Shown: positions 37,667 to 48,195, counted from the stretch's first letter. The stretch is 64,000 bases of DNA from an uncultured Gammaproteobacteria bacterium (GCA_964431555.1 CAYSJW010000009.1:10413-74412), one strand, 5' to 3'. Program-made: numbers and translations. The notes: generated by a model not told the origin, from the sequence alone.

Positions 37667-39451
37667 ATGCAAAAACTTTATTCAACTTTTAACTTTATAA
37701 CAATCAAACTTAAAACCCTTTTAAAAAACGGATTAATCCTGTTTCTAATATTACTATTCCTTTTGTTCTCTACTTTTCTACTTATCTTAAATTACTATTT
37801 TAGAAACAGAATTTATCCCCAAATTAATGTTCTATCGTTAAACCTGGGGGGAAAAACAAAAAAAGAAGCAATTATCTTTTTAAGTGAAAATATCTCCCCA
37901 CCCGGAAAGATCCAAATTTCTTCAAATAAAAAAAATTTCGATCTTTCCTTACCTGACATCTCTTTTAAATACGAATATGATAAAACTGTAGAAACTGCCT
38001 TTAATTACTACAGAAAAAACAATTTCCGTTTTAATTTTCTTAAACCATTCATTTTTTTGTTTAAAAAACACAATCTTGAAATTGAGTATAGCTACGACAA
38101 ACAAAAACTCGATGAGTTTATTGAGGTTGTTTCAAACGATATTTTATCAGAGCCAATTTATCCTTCTGTCAATCTCATTGACGGAAAAATTATTGTCAAT
38201 AAAGGCACTCCCGGCGAAACATTGGATAAAGAAATATTTTTAGATGAATTTGAAAAAAAAATCAAAAACATTAATTATTCTAAAATGTACTTACCGCTTA
38301 AAAAAATAGATCCTACTCTATCCCAAAAAGATTCAGAGATTTTTGAAAAAAGAGCAAAGAAATTTCTAAACAAGACACTCATACTGAAAAACGATTTTTT
38401 TAATCTTACACTTGATGATAAATCAATCCTTGGTTTTTTAGATTACTACGAACAATATAGCCTCGACAAAATAAAGGATTTTGTTATTGTGGAAATTTCC
38501 CCTCAACTAGAAAGGCCTCCCCAAAACGCAGTATTCAGATTTGAAAATGGCAAAGTCACTGAATTCACTCCTGCTAGAGATGGAATAAAAATAGAAATTA
38601 ACAATTTTTTGGATAAAATCATTGACAGCCTCTCTGAATTAGAGAATACAGAAAACAACTCAATAATTATTGAAATACCTATCATCAAAGCCCCTCCGGA
38701 AATAACCTTAAACGAAGTTAATAATTTGGGTATAAGAGAATTATTAGGAAGAGGTTCATCTAAATTCAAGGGTTCAATTGAAAGTCGTGTACACAACATA
38801 TCCCTCGCATCTTCAAAATTCAATGGCGTGTTAGTTCCTCCCGGTGAAACACTTTCTTTCAATAAAACCCTGGGAGATGTTTCAAGCTTTACAGGATACA
38901 AAAAGGCTTACATCATAAAGGATGGAAAAACAATTTTGGGAGATGGAGGAGGCGTTTGTCAGGTTTCAACAACACTTTTTAGGGCAGTTCTCAGTGCCGG
39001 TCTACCAATAATCGAAAGAAGTCCTCACTCCTACAGAGTTTATTATTATGAACAAGACTCGTCACCGGGAATGGATGCCACCGTTTTTGATCCCACAACA
39101 GATTTCAAATTTAAAAACGACACGCCAGGTTATATCCTAATTCAAACCTTTGTCGATGCCAAAAATTATAGTCTTACAATAGAAATTTATGGAACACCCG
39201 ACGGAAGAAAGACCACTATTACAAAGCCAGAAATTTTATCCTCATCCCCACCACCCGATGATCTTTATATTGATGATCCTTCGTTGCCAGCTGGAGTTAT
39301 TAAACAAATCGAACATAAAGCCTATGGCGCAAAAGTAAGGTTCATTTATAAAGTAGAGCGAGACGGTGAAATAATTATTAATCAGGAATTTATCTCTACA
39401 TATCGTCCTTGGCAAGCAGTTTTTCTAAAAGGGGTAGGAAATACTAACTGA
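37667..39451 (+). CDS. VanW-family protein with peptidoglycan-binding repeats
   Basis: RVHNI, FSFN-like, GGGVCQVSTTLFRA, HSYRVYYYE, DATV, DFKFKND. Confidence 0.92.
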   Translation: MQKLYSTFNFITIKLKTLLKNGLILFLILLFLLFSTFLLILNYYFRNRIYPQINVLSLNLGGKTKKEAIIFLSENISPPGKIQISSNKKNFDLSLPDISFKYEYDKTVETAFNYYRKNNFRFNFLKPFIFLFKKHNLEIEYSYDKQKLDEFIEVVSNDILSEPIYPSVNLIDGKIIVNKGTPGETLDKEIFLDEFEKKIKNINYSKMYLPLKKIDPTLSQKDSEIFEKRAKKFLNKTLILKNDFFNLTLDDKSILGFLDYYEQYSLDKIKDFVIVEISPQLERPPQNAVFRFENGKVTEFTPARDGIKIEINNFLDKIIDSLSELENTENNSIIIEIPIIKAPPEITLNEVNNLGIRELLGRGSSKFKGSIESRVHNISLASSKFNGVLVPPGETLSFNKTLGDVSSFTGYKKAYIIKDGKTILGDGGGVCQVSTTLFRAVLSAGLPIIERSPHSYRVYYYEQDSSPGMDATVFDPTTDFKFKNDTPGYILIQTFVDAKNYSLTIEIYGTPDGRKTTITKPEILSSSPPPDDLYIDDPSLPAGVIKQIEHKAYGAKVRFIYKVERDGEIIINQEFISTYRPWQAVFLKGVGNTN

Positions 39452-39653
39452 TATTTCTAATTTATTTAAATAAAACTATCCTATTTCTAAACAATTATAT
39501 ACATAAAAATGAAGGGGTGTTTTTTTAAAAAATTTTAAAAATATATCATTTTTAATCGTATTTTCGGATAATTTTTTCTTGTATCAAATTTTTACCGAAA
39601 AAACTACAGGTATTTCATGTTATAGAAAAAATATGCTATATTTTTAAACTTAT

Positions 39654-40715
39654 ATGGAGATCGTCAAAATAAAACACGCAAAAATTTCTAAAATAGTTGA
39701 TATCTTAAAAAAAGATGGTTTAGTAATCATGCCAACAGAAACCTTGTATGGAGCTATGGTTGATGCAACAAATCAAAAAGCTGTAAATAAATTGATCGTA
39801 TACAAAAACCGTCCATTTGGGAAACCGTTTTCCATAGCGGTTAAAAATCAAAAAATGGCACAAGAATACGTCTATCTAAATAAAACCGCCAAAAATCTTT
39901 ACAAAAAATATCTTCCTGGCCCTTTAACAATTATCTCAAAAAGTAAAGGAAAAGTTGCCAAAGGAATAGAAGCTGAAAATAAAACATTAGGGATAAGAAT
40001 TCCTGACTATAAACTGGTAATTGATGTAGTAAATAAACTCGGTAAACCAGTTACAGCTACTTCAGCAAATGCAAGTTACAAAAAAAGGCCATACAAAATT
40101 TCTGATATTTTAGACAACCTCTCCATAAAGCAAAAAAAATTGATAGATCTAATCATTGATGGAGGAAAACTCCCTTTTAGAGAACCTTCCACAGTTATAG
40201 ATACAACTTGCGATGACCCGGTAATTTTAAGACAAGGCGACATTAAACTAAAAAAAAGTTTTGAAGTCCTAAGTCGATCTGAAGAAGACACTCAAAACAT
40301 AGCCAAAAATTTGTGGCAAAAATACGAAAAGTTTAAAGGCAAAAGAGCTATTATCTTTGCTCTTGAAGGCGAAATGGGTTCAGGTAAAACTCAATTTACC
40401 AAAGGGCTGGCCAAAGCTATCGGAATTGAGGAGGATATTTTGTCCCCTACATTTATTTTAGAAAGTGAATATTCTTCTAAAACCAATAAAATTTCTCTCA
40501 TTCATATAGACACGTGGAGAATGCAAAATCCAGATGAACTTTTAAAAATTGGTTTTGAAAAAAGAATTAATGAAAAAGGCGTAATTTCAATAGAATGGGC
40601 AGAAAGAGTTTCAGATGTTATAAGAGAATTTGATGAACAGGCTATAATACTATGGGTAAAAATAAAATACACAAAAAAATTCAATGAAAGATTAATAAGC
40701 TGGGGGGTAATTTAA
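39654..40715 (+). CDS. Fusion of TsaC/Sua5-type threonylcarbamoyl-AMP synthase and TsaE ATPase
   Basis: N-half PTETLYG, KNRP, PGPLT, TSAN, PSTVID; C-half GEMGSGKT, SPTF, HIDTWR, IEWAE. Confidence 0.92.
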   Translation: MEIVKIKHAKISKIVDILKKDGLVIMPTETLYGAMVDATNQKAVNKLIVYKNRPFGKPFSIAVKNQKMAQEYVYLNKTAKNLYKKYLPGPLTIISKSKGKVAKGIEAENKTLGIRIPDYKLVIDVVNKLGKPVTATSANASYKKRPYKISDILDNLSIKQKKLIDLIIDGGKLPFREPSTVIDTTCDDPVILRQGDIKLKKSFEVLSRSEEDTQNIAKNLWQKYEKFKGKRAIIFALEGEMGSGKTQFTKGLAKAIGIEEDILSPTFILESEYSSKTNKISLIHIDTWRMQNPDELLKIGFEKRINEKGVISIEWAERVSDVIREFDEQAIILWVKIKYTKKFNERLISWGVI

Positions 40716-40728
40716 CTTTTTTTACTCA

Positions 40729-41817
40729 ATGGTCTCTAAATCAAAATATAAAATACTTTCTATCGACACATCATGCGATGAAACATCTGCCTCGATAACA
40801 GAAAATCTTGTTGTTTTATCAAACGTAATATGGTCTCAAGCTTCACTTCACGCAAAATGGGGTGGCGTAGTTCCATCTCTAGCAAAGAGAGAGCACGAAG
40901 AAAGAATAGATTGGGTAATAAAAAAGTCTTTGACAAAATCCCGTAAAAAACTAGAGGATCTTGATGCTGTCGCAGTAACTTTTGGACCAGGCCTGGCTAT
41001 CGCTTTGGAAGTTGGAATAAGAAAAGCTAAAGAAATTTGCAAAAATTACAATTTACCCCTGATTCCAGTTAATCATATCGAGGGGCATTTGCTTAGCCCT
41101 CTGGCACTTTCCAAAAATAAAATACAACTTCTTCAAGACACTTTTCCAGCTTACGGTCTTATTACATCAGGAGGACATACTGAAATCATATTTGCAAAAA
41201 ACCCAAACAATTATGAAGTTCTTGCTCAAACACAAGACGACGCACTAGGTGAATCTTTGGATAAAGCTGCAAGAATATTAGGATTTGGTTACCCTGGAGG
41301 TGAAATTTTGGAAAAGGTTGCAAAAAAAGGGAATCCGAAAGTTTATAAACTTCCAATTCCTCTTATCGGCAGAGAAAAAGAAATGTTCTTAAGCTATTCA
41401 GGTATTAAAACTGCTTTAATTAGAAAAATTGAGGAAATAAAAATAACTAAAAATGATCTTTCAAAGGAAGACATAGAAAATCTAGCCTCTTCCTATCAAC
41501 AAAATTGTTTTCAACATTTAATAAGAATTTTAGAATATGTTTTTAATCAAAACACATATAAAGCAAAAAAAATTCTTTGCGGAGGTGGGGTTATGGCTAA
41601 CAAAACCTTAAGAAAAATGGTTAGAGCAACTTCGTCAAGGTATGGTATTAAAACATTATTTCCTTTTTCTAAAAAACTTTATGGTGACAACGCGGCCATG
41701 ATTGGGATTGCTGCTTATTTTAGGTTTAAGAATAAAAATTATTTTAAAATAAACAACCTAGATATATTGGAAAGAATTCCCAATGCACGTATAGATAAAA
41801 AATATTTTCATTTTTAA
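40729..41817 (+). CDS. tsaD: tRNA N6-adenosine threonylcarbamoyltransferase TsaD
   Basis: TSCDET, GPGL, NHIEGH, SGGHT, DDALGE, DNAAMIG. Confidence 0.96.
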   Translation: MVSKSKYKILSIDTSCDETSASITENLVVLSNVIWSQASLHAKWGGVVPSLAKREHEERIDWVIKKSLTKSRKKLEDLDAVAVTFGPGLAIALEVGIRKAKEICKNYNLPLIPVNHIEGHLLSPLALSKNKIQLLQDTFPAYGLITSGGHTEIIFAKNPNNYEVLAQTQDDALGESLDKAARILGFGYPGGEILEKVAKKGNPKVYKLPIPLIGREKEMFLSYSGIKTALIRKIEEIKITKNDLSKEDIENLASSYQQNCFQHLIRILEYVFNQNTYKAKKILCGGGVMANKTLRKMVRATSSRYGIKTLFPFSKKLYGDNAAMIGIAAYFRFKNKNYFKINNLDILERIPNARIDKKYFHF

Positions 41818-41828
41818 ATTTCCAAAAA

Positions 41829-41856
41829 TTGAGAATATATTGAAATAGTGTATAAT
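41829..41856 (+). promoter_or_regulatory. Sigma70 promoter for the valS leader
   Basis: TTGAGA (41829-34), 16 nt, TATAAT (41851-56). Confidence 0.65.
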
Positions 41857-41870
41857 TCTAATAAAAAAAA

Positions 41871-42021
41871 GCGTTCTGAGTGGGATTCGTCCCCCCACAA
41901 GCTGCTTGCTGAACAGAACTTTAAGCAAGACAGGTAAGCCTGTAATAGCTTGAAATAAGTAAAAAAAAAGAAGGTGGTACCACGGATTCTTCAGAACCGT
42001 CCTTCAGGTCATCTGAAGAAT
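41871..42021 (+). ncRNA. T-box riboswitch (Val), compact form
   Basis: Antiterminator GAAGG-TGGTACC-ACGG...CCGT-CCTTC (41970-42005); upstream short hairpin with GTC in the loop; competing hairpin ATTCTTCAGA/TCTGAAGAAT; lies directly before valS. Confidence 0.85.
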
Positions 42022-42031
42022 AAAAATTCAT

Positions 42032-44248
42032 ATGGACAAGGTTTACAATCACAGAAAATATGAATCCAATATTTATCAACTTTGGGAAAGTTCTAGTGCA
42101 TTTACTCCTACAATCGATAAAAACAAAAAACCCTTCACAATAATTATGCCTCCTCCTAATGCAAATGATCCCTTGCATGTCGGACATGCACGATTTATTG
42201 CTATAGAAGATATTCTAATTAGGTACCATAGAATGCTAGGTAGACCCACTCTTTGGCTTCCAGGTTCTGATCATGCTGGAATCGAGACACAATTTGTTTT
42301 TGAAAAACACCTAAAAGAAGAGGGCAAAAGCCGTTTTGATTTTAACCGAGATAAACTTTATCAAATGATCTGGGATTATGTTCAAAAAAATACCGGAATT
42401 ATGGAAAAACAACTAAAAATACTGGGTGCATCTTGCGACTGGACAAGGTTTAAATTTACCCTAGATCCCGAGATAGTAAAAATTGTCTATAAAACCTTTA
42501 AAAAACTTCATGATGATGGATTGATTTATCGAGGAGAGAGGGTTGTCAACTACTGCCCTCGTTGCGGAACTTCTTTTTCCCAACTAGAGGTAAATTATAT
42601 TGAAAAAGACGATTTCTTATATTTCATAAATTATGGCTTACTATCCATAGCCACAACAAGACCTGAAACAATATTTGCTGATGTTGCAATCGCTGTTAAT
42701 CCTAAAGACAAAAGATATACACACTTAATTGGCAAAACTGCAACAATTCCGATTATAAACCGTGAGATACCAATAATTAAAGATTCTCTGGTTGATCCAA
42801 ATTTTGGCAGTGGGGCTTTAAAAGTAACCCCAGGACATGATCCAGTAGATTTCGAGATAGGCCAAAAGCATAAACTTCCAGTGTTATCTATCATAGATGA
42901 AACCGGAAAAATGATAAATACTCCACCAAAATATATCGGTTTGTCTGTAAGTTCAGCTAGAGAGGAGGTGGTTAAAGACCTAAAAGAAAAAGGGGTATTA
43001 ATAAAAATAGAAAAAATTCACCACACTGTCGGAACATGCTACCGGGATAAAGGAAATTTAGAACCTACAGTATCCAAGCAATGGTTCTTAAATGTCAATC
43101 CATTGGTAAAAATGACCTTAAATGCTATCAAAGAAAAAAGTGTTGTCTTTGCTTCAAAAAAGTACGAAAAAATTGCAATACACTGGCTTAAAAATTTAAA
43201 GGATTGGAACATATCCCGCCAGATAGTTTGGGGAATAAGAATACCAGCCTGGAGATGTGAAAAGTGTCTCGAGTGGACCGTAACAGATGGAAAAACACCT
43301 AAAATTTGTAGTCTTTGCGGCCATACTAAACTCAAACAAGATGAGGATACATTTGATACTTGGTTTTCTTCAGGCCAATGGCCTTATGCCACATTGTTAT
43401 CAAATTCAAAAAATTCCCCAATTTCCGATCGATCAAAAACAAACTCTAAAACCCTGTCTAAAATTAATATCGATTATCCAGTTTCAGAAGACTTCAAATA
43501 TTTTTATCCTACGTCTTTGATGGAAACCGGCTATGACATTCTTCCTTTTTGGGTAATAAGGATGATTATGCTGGGTCTTTACATAACAAACAACGTCCCA
43601 TTTAAAACAGTTCTTCTACACGGTTTGGTTAGAGATGCAAAAGGAGAAAAAATAAGCAAATCAAAAGGTAACGTAATTGATCCTATAGAAATGGCTGAAA
43701 AATACGGAGCAGATTCGCTAAGAATGAGTCTTGTTTGGGGCGCCTTAATCGAAAATGACATCTCTTTATCAGAAGATAATATTCGTGGACAAAGAAATTT
43801 TTCAAATAAAATTTGGAATTTGGGAAGGTTTATAAAAAATAAATTTGAACAAACTCAATGTGAGTTCCTAAATTTAAAAGAAATTAATAGGCACATAAAA
43901 AATGAGGATAAAGAAATAATTAAAGAAACTAAAAATCTTGTTAAAAAAACTGGTAACTTGATTGAAAAATACCGATTAAACGAAGCTGCACAAAGCCTAT
44001 ATGAATTTATTTGGAGGAAATTTGCCGATAAATACACTGAATCAATCAAAAAAAGATTGGAAAACGGTGATAAATTTGTCTTATCAGTTTATCTTAATTT
44101 ATATATCACCTACCTTAAACTTTTACATCCTTTTATGCCTTTTGTTACCGAAGCAATTTGGCAAGAAATCAAACATTTGATAAAAGAAAAATACGAAAGC
44201 ATGCTTATAAACAGCCCATGGCCATCGAACTTTTTTAACAGTAATTAA
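42032..44248 (+). CDS. valS: Valine--tRNA ligase (without the C-terminal coiled coil)
   Basis: PPPN, HVGH, DHAGIETQ, TTRPET, DWNISRQ, DTFDTWFSS, KISKS. Confidence 0.97.
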   Translation: MDKVYNHRKYESNIYQLWESSSAFTPTIDKNKKPFTIIMPPPNANDPLHVGHARFIAIEDILIRYHRMLGRPTLWLPGSDHAGIETQFVFEKHLKEEGKSRFDFNRDKLYQMIWDYVQKNTGIMEKQLKILGASCDWTRFKFTLDPEIVKIVYKTFKKLHDDGLIYRGERVVNYCPRCGTSFSQLEVNYIEKDDFLYFINYGLLSIATTRPETIFADVAIAVNPKDKRYTHLIGKTATIPIINREIPIIKDSLVDPNFGSGALKVTPGHDPVDFEIGQKHKLPVLSIIDETGKMINTPPKYIGLSVSSAREEVVKDLKEKGVLIKIEKIHHTVGTCYRDKGNLEPTVSKQWFLNVNPLVKMTLNAIKEKSVVFASKKYEKIAIHWLKNLKDWNISRQIVWGIRIPAWRCEKCLEWTVTDGKTPKICSLCGHTKLKQDEDTFDTWFSSGQWPYATLLSNSKNSPISDRSKTNSKTLSKINIDYPVSEDFKYFYPTSLMETGYDILPFWVIRMIMLGLYITNNVPFKTVLLHGLVRDAKGEKISKSKGNVIDPIEMAEKYGADSLRMSLVWGALIENDISLSEDNIRGQRNFSNKIWNLGRFIKNKFEQTQCEFLNLKEINRHIKNEDKEIIKETKNLVKKTGNLIEKYRLNEAAQSLYEFIWRKFADKYTESIKKRLENGDKFVLSVYLNLYITYLKLLHPFMPFVTEAIWQEIKHLIKEKYESMLINSPWPSNFFNSN

Positions 44249-44841
44249 TCTAAAAACCTTATAGAACTAATAAGTTTTTGCATTTGATCCGTAATTGTAC
44301 TAAAAGAATACGTAAAATTTTTCCTTTGAAAAACCAGAAAACTTTTTCTTTCCAATTGATCATCCTCCGGCTCAACCTCTATTAACCTTGCCTTCTCTTC
44401 CAATAAATCTATCTCTTTTTCTTTTATTACTTTTATTTTTCCCTCCCTTTTAATCCCTTCCTTTATACGATTTATTTCCTCATCAACTCCCCCACTGCTT
44501 ATACCAAAAGCTACTCCTTTAGCTAGAGAAAATTTATTTTCTTCAAAAACTACAAAATATTCATATTCTCCAGGTTCTTCATATTCAACTTTTCTCAAAA
44601 AAGGTGGGTAAGAAAAGCCAATGGAATAATCTTTGTTCTCGTAATTTGACCAATTATCATCCATTTTATTTTCTTCATCCTTTTTAATAACGAGGTTTTT
44701 ATTATCATTTTTGTACGAATCACTAAAACTCTTATCTACTAATACTTTATTACTTTGCGAAAGAATTAAAGAAAAGATACTTCCAATTAAAAGTAATAAA
44801 CCAATTTTTAAAACGCTTATTTTTTTTCTTTTTTTAATCAT
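44245..44841 (-). CDS. Membrane-anchored hypothetical protein (PsbP-like fold possible)
   Basis: N-terminal TM, W..Y.N..Y...FSYP and a C-terminal 'LISSIRF' pattern. Confidence 0.7.
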   Translation of the reverse strand: MIKKRKKISVLKIGLLLLIGSIFSLILSQSNKVLVDKSFSDSYKNDNKNLVIKKDEENKMDDNWSNYENKDYSIGFSYPPFLRKVEYEEPGEYEYFVVFEENKFSLAKGVAFGISSGGVDEEINRIKEGIKREGKIKVIKEKEIDLLEEKARLIEVEPEDDQLERKSFLVFQRKNFTYSFSTITDQMQKLISSIRFLD

Positions 44842-44912
44842 AAAAAGCACTCTTTTTCTTATCGTATATTGTAAAAAAGCTAAAACTTTTCTTAGATATT
44901 AACCTAAATATA

Positions 44913-45581
44913 TTACGAAAGCTTATCTTCTTGACCTTCCTTAGTTGATTCAGAAGTTTCTGGGGCTTCTACTTCCTCTTTCTTTTCTTCTCCCTCTTCT
45001 TTGGGAGTGATTTCTTCTTTTTCCTCTTTAGCGGCTTCCACTTTGACTACAATTTTCTGTAAATCATCTCTTATTTCCACCTTAGTTTTATCGTACTTTA
45101 AATCCTTTATAATAATTGTTTGATCAACTGAATTAAGATCATTAGCATTTATTTCAAACTTTTCAGGCAAATCACCAGGCAAAGCTTCAACTTCTACCTC
45201 ATCAAGATATTGTACAACTGTTCCCAAACCTTGTTTCTCAACTGGTGACTCGCCAATAATTGTGATGGGTACTTTAGCAGTAACTTTTTCTTTAAGGTCA
45301 ACTTGTAAAAAATCTATATGCAAAGGAAAATCATTTATAGGATCTTTTTGTACAAAATGAATTAAAACAGGTCTTTTACTTCCATCTACCTGCAATTCCA
45401 AAAGGCCTGTCTCCCCAACTTGTTTGAAAACTTTTTGAAATTCGCCCAATTTAATCTCTATAGGCTCAGATTTAATCTTTTTACCATAAATAATAGCCGG
45501 AATAATCCCCTCTTTTCTTAAATTTTTTACCTTTCTTCCAAATATCTTTCTTTTTTCAGCTTTTAATATATATTTATCCAT
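44913..45581 (-). CDS. rplY: 50S ribosomal protein L25/Ctc
   Basis: LRKEGIIPAIIYG, HIDFLQV, VEALP, acidic tail. Confidence 0.95.
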   Translation of the reverse strand: MDKYILKAEKRKIFGRKVKNLRKEGIIPAIIYGKKIKSEPIEIKLGEFQKVFKQVGETGLLELQVDGSKRPVLIHFVQKDPINDFPLHIDFLQVDLKEKVTAKVPITIIGESPVEKQGLGTVVQYLDEVEVEALPGDLPEKFEINANDLNSVDQTIIIKDLKYDKTKVEIRDDLQKIVVKVEAAKEEKEEITPKEEGEEKKEEVEAPETSESTKEGQEDKLS

Positions 45582-45587
45582 AAATTA

Positions 45588-48113
45588 CTACCAAAAAATA
45601 CGGGCTTTCAAATCCCCGCTTGGTAAGGCATTATATCTAAAATCTTTATTCTCAGTCAAGCAATCTTTATTATCAGTTTTAAAATCAACCCCATCAGGCA
45701 AATTCAAAAAAAGATCAACGGGATAATTTTTTACTCCAGATTGTTTACTTAAAAATAATCTATATTCACCTTTCTTTTCAAAATCGATTAATAATCTATT
45801 CTCCCAAATAAAAGATATTTTCCTTAATTCGTTAGGCTTTAACTCTAAATATACACCCGCTTCTTTTGTTTTTTTACCTGCAATAATATCAGGAATTAAA
45901 TACTTTTCTTCATCAACAGATTCTACTTTTACTGAAGAAAAACTTGTTTCATTACCGGCAAAAAATCTCAAGTAAACTTTATAATCTTTCTTTCCTGTAT
46001 TCTTAACATAAAAATCAAATCTACCTTTTAACACTTTCTCCTGAAAATAAATGCTCACTTTAGCCATTCTTGAAACAGAAGACGAAACTTCCCCCTCAGA
46101 TGTTTCTATCAAAGAAAAATAATCCAAGAAGCAATTTGCAATACAATCCTCCTTTAATATTTTTTTTTCTAAATCAGTTTTTAAATGATTGTTTCCTAAT
46201 CCTTGATCACTAAAGTAAATTTGGATATCCTTTTGATTAAATCCTTCATATATTTTTTTGATTATTTTTAAACCCTTATCATTTATCAAAATACCCTTAT
46301 TTACTTTATCCATTTCATTAACTAACTCATTTATAAAATTTTGATTTATAAATAATGTTCCATCAATCTTTGTCTTAAACTCCTTATTTATAAAATTAGA
46401 AACATCTAAGGCAGAATATGATATATCAGGATTCCAGTTAAACTTATCAAGGTTGGTATAACTATCTTTAAAATATTTTTTTACAACCACTGGTTTTTCA
46501 AAACTACCTAAAATTTTATTATTTAATTCATATTTGTCTTCAATTAAGAGACTGGCAATAGAAAAATTATGGAGAATAAGAAAAACAAACTTTTCTATTA
46601 CTCCCCCAGTGGGTCTCAAATACGAGTTATCTTGCAAAACTATTAAATACTTTCTTTCTCCTTCATAACCAAGCAATAAAGTTAAATTTTTTAATATATC
46701 TCCAAATTTATAACTTAAATTTTTTAATTTATTTGTTTCCGAATTGTCAAAAATAACAAATTTTCTTAAAATTTCATTATCTTTATCACTTAGGTATTCC
46801 GCTTCTAAGAAACTAATGTCTTCATATAAATCATTCATATCTATACTTATTGAATTTATATCAGAAAAATTCAATCTTTCTTTATTATTAAAAGATTTAA
46901 CAATTAAAATTAATTTTTCTAAAATACTTAAATATTCTCTATACGCTTCTGATTGAAGTTCTAAAACTAATGTGGGTTTTGTAAAAATATTATAATAATT
47001 ATCTAATAAATATATCTGTTTTAAACCATTTGAAATTTTATTAGAACATTTAGAAAAAAATAGTGACATATTTGTTGAGTATTTAGATAAATAAAAAAAA
47101 TCATTTTCATAAAAAAAATTAGATAAGTGTAAAAACGATAGCGATAATAAACATGATCCTACGGGAAATAAAAATAAAAATATAATAATACCTAAAATTA
47201 ATTTACTGGTTTTATCTAATAAAGTTTCTTTTATTTTATTAAAATAATCTTTAACCTTTGTTACAAACCCATCTTTGTATTTTTTTCTTTTTTCTTTATC
47301 TTTAAGTAATTCTTTATATACTCTATTTAATATTATTTTTGGTCTCTTTTTAATTATGATTTCCTCATCATATTTAAAAATGTTAGTATTTCTATTCTTA
47401 ATATTTAACGATTTTATATCAACACCGATAATTTCCACTAATCTATTCAACTTTATTTTTTTACCTATAATAAATACTGCTTTTCCAAAATAACTTATCG
47501 AAAATAATATTTTTATAATTAATGTAACCAAATCTTCATCCAATAAAGGATAAAAAAACTCATTACACCTTAAATTAATGTTTTTGTTTAGAACTATATT
47601 TTTTAAAACTTCATATAAATCACTTATATAAAAATCCTCGTATTTTGGTGTTATTAAATCACTGTAAAATATTACTGCACCAAATGATTTTAATTCTTGA
47701 AATTTCTTATAAATATAATCCTCATCAATACTTTTTAAATTAAAATTATTTAGTCCATTTATCAAAAATGTGGATTTTGTCTTAAAAATTTTATTTATAT
47801 ATTTATATAAATTGATGTTTTTGTTTAAACTTTTTATAAATTTATTTTTGTTCTCATACTCTTTATCTTTAAATTTATTAAAATAAATTAAATAATTTAT
47901 ATTTGTTTTATTTCTGATTAATTCCTTTATATTTTTTATAATATTAACATCATTGTTAGAATAACTATTCATTAAATCTTTTTTATCATTTTTGGTAATT
48001 AAATAAACCTTTAAGTTATAATTCAAAAGGTTCTTAATTAATAATTTGTTAATACTACTAATATCTGAAAATATTAAAATACTATTTTTCTCAGTAATTT
48101 TACTTTGTAACAT
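45588..48113 (-). CDS. Large membrane protein with a DUF4012-like C-terminal part, extremely AT-rich
   Basis: Central TM; KYLIVLQD..YLRPTGG, NWNPD, IDG, KQSG resemble DUF4012 motifs; K/N/I-biased composition. Confidence 0.7.
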   Translation of the reverse strand: MLQSKITEKNSILIFSDISSINKLLIKNLLNYNLKVYLITKNDKKDLMNSYSNNDVNIIKNIKELIRNKTNINYLIYFNKFKDKEYENKNKFIKSLNKNINLYKYINKIFKTKSTFLINGLNNFNLKSIDEDYIYKKFQELKSFGAVIFYSDLITPKYEDFYISDLYEVLKNIVLNKNINLRCNEFFYPLLDEDLVTLIIKILFSISYFGKAVFIIGKKIKLNRLVEIIGVDIKSLNIKNRNTNIFKYDEEIIIKKRPKIILNRVYKELLKDKEKRKKYKDGFVTKVKDYFNKIKETLLDKTSKLILGIIIFLFLFPVGSCLLSLSFLHLSNFFYENDFFYLSKYSTNMSLFFSKCSNKISNGLKQIYLLDNYYNIFTKPTLVLELQSEAYREYLSILEKLILIVKSFNNKERLNFSDINSISIDMNDLYEDISFLEAEYLSDKDNEILRKFVIFDNSETNKLKNLSYKFGDILKNLTLLLGYEGERKYLIVLQDNSYLRPTGGVIEKFVFLILHNFSIASLLIEDKYELNNKILGSFEKPVVVKKYFKDSYTNLDKFNWNPDISYSALDVSNFINKEFKTKIDGTLFINQNFINELVNEMDKVNKGILINDKGLKIIKKIYEGFNQKDIQIYFSDQGLGNNHLKTDLEKKILKEDCIANCFLDYFSLIETSEGEVSSSVSRMAKVSIYFQEKVLKGRFDFYVKNTGKKDYKVYLRFFAGNETSFSSVKVESVDEEKYLIPDIIAGKKTKEAGVYLELKPNELRKISFIWENRLLIDFEKKGEYRLFLSKQSGVKNYPVDLFLNLPDGVDFKTDNKDCLTENKDFRYNALPSGDLKARIFW

Positions 48114-48195
48114 TATTGATTATTAACTAAAAGGTTTATTTAAATGAAGTGATATTTTTAAAAATTTTTAATAAAAAATATTTTCTAACGTGAAA

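Noticed and set aside
41921-42187. 88-aa minus-strand ORF over the valS leader
   Set aside because: Antisense to the T-box and valS; no coding features.
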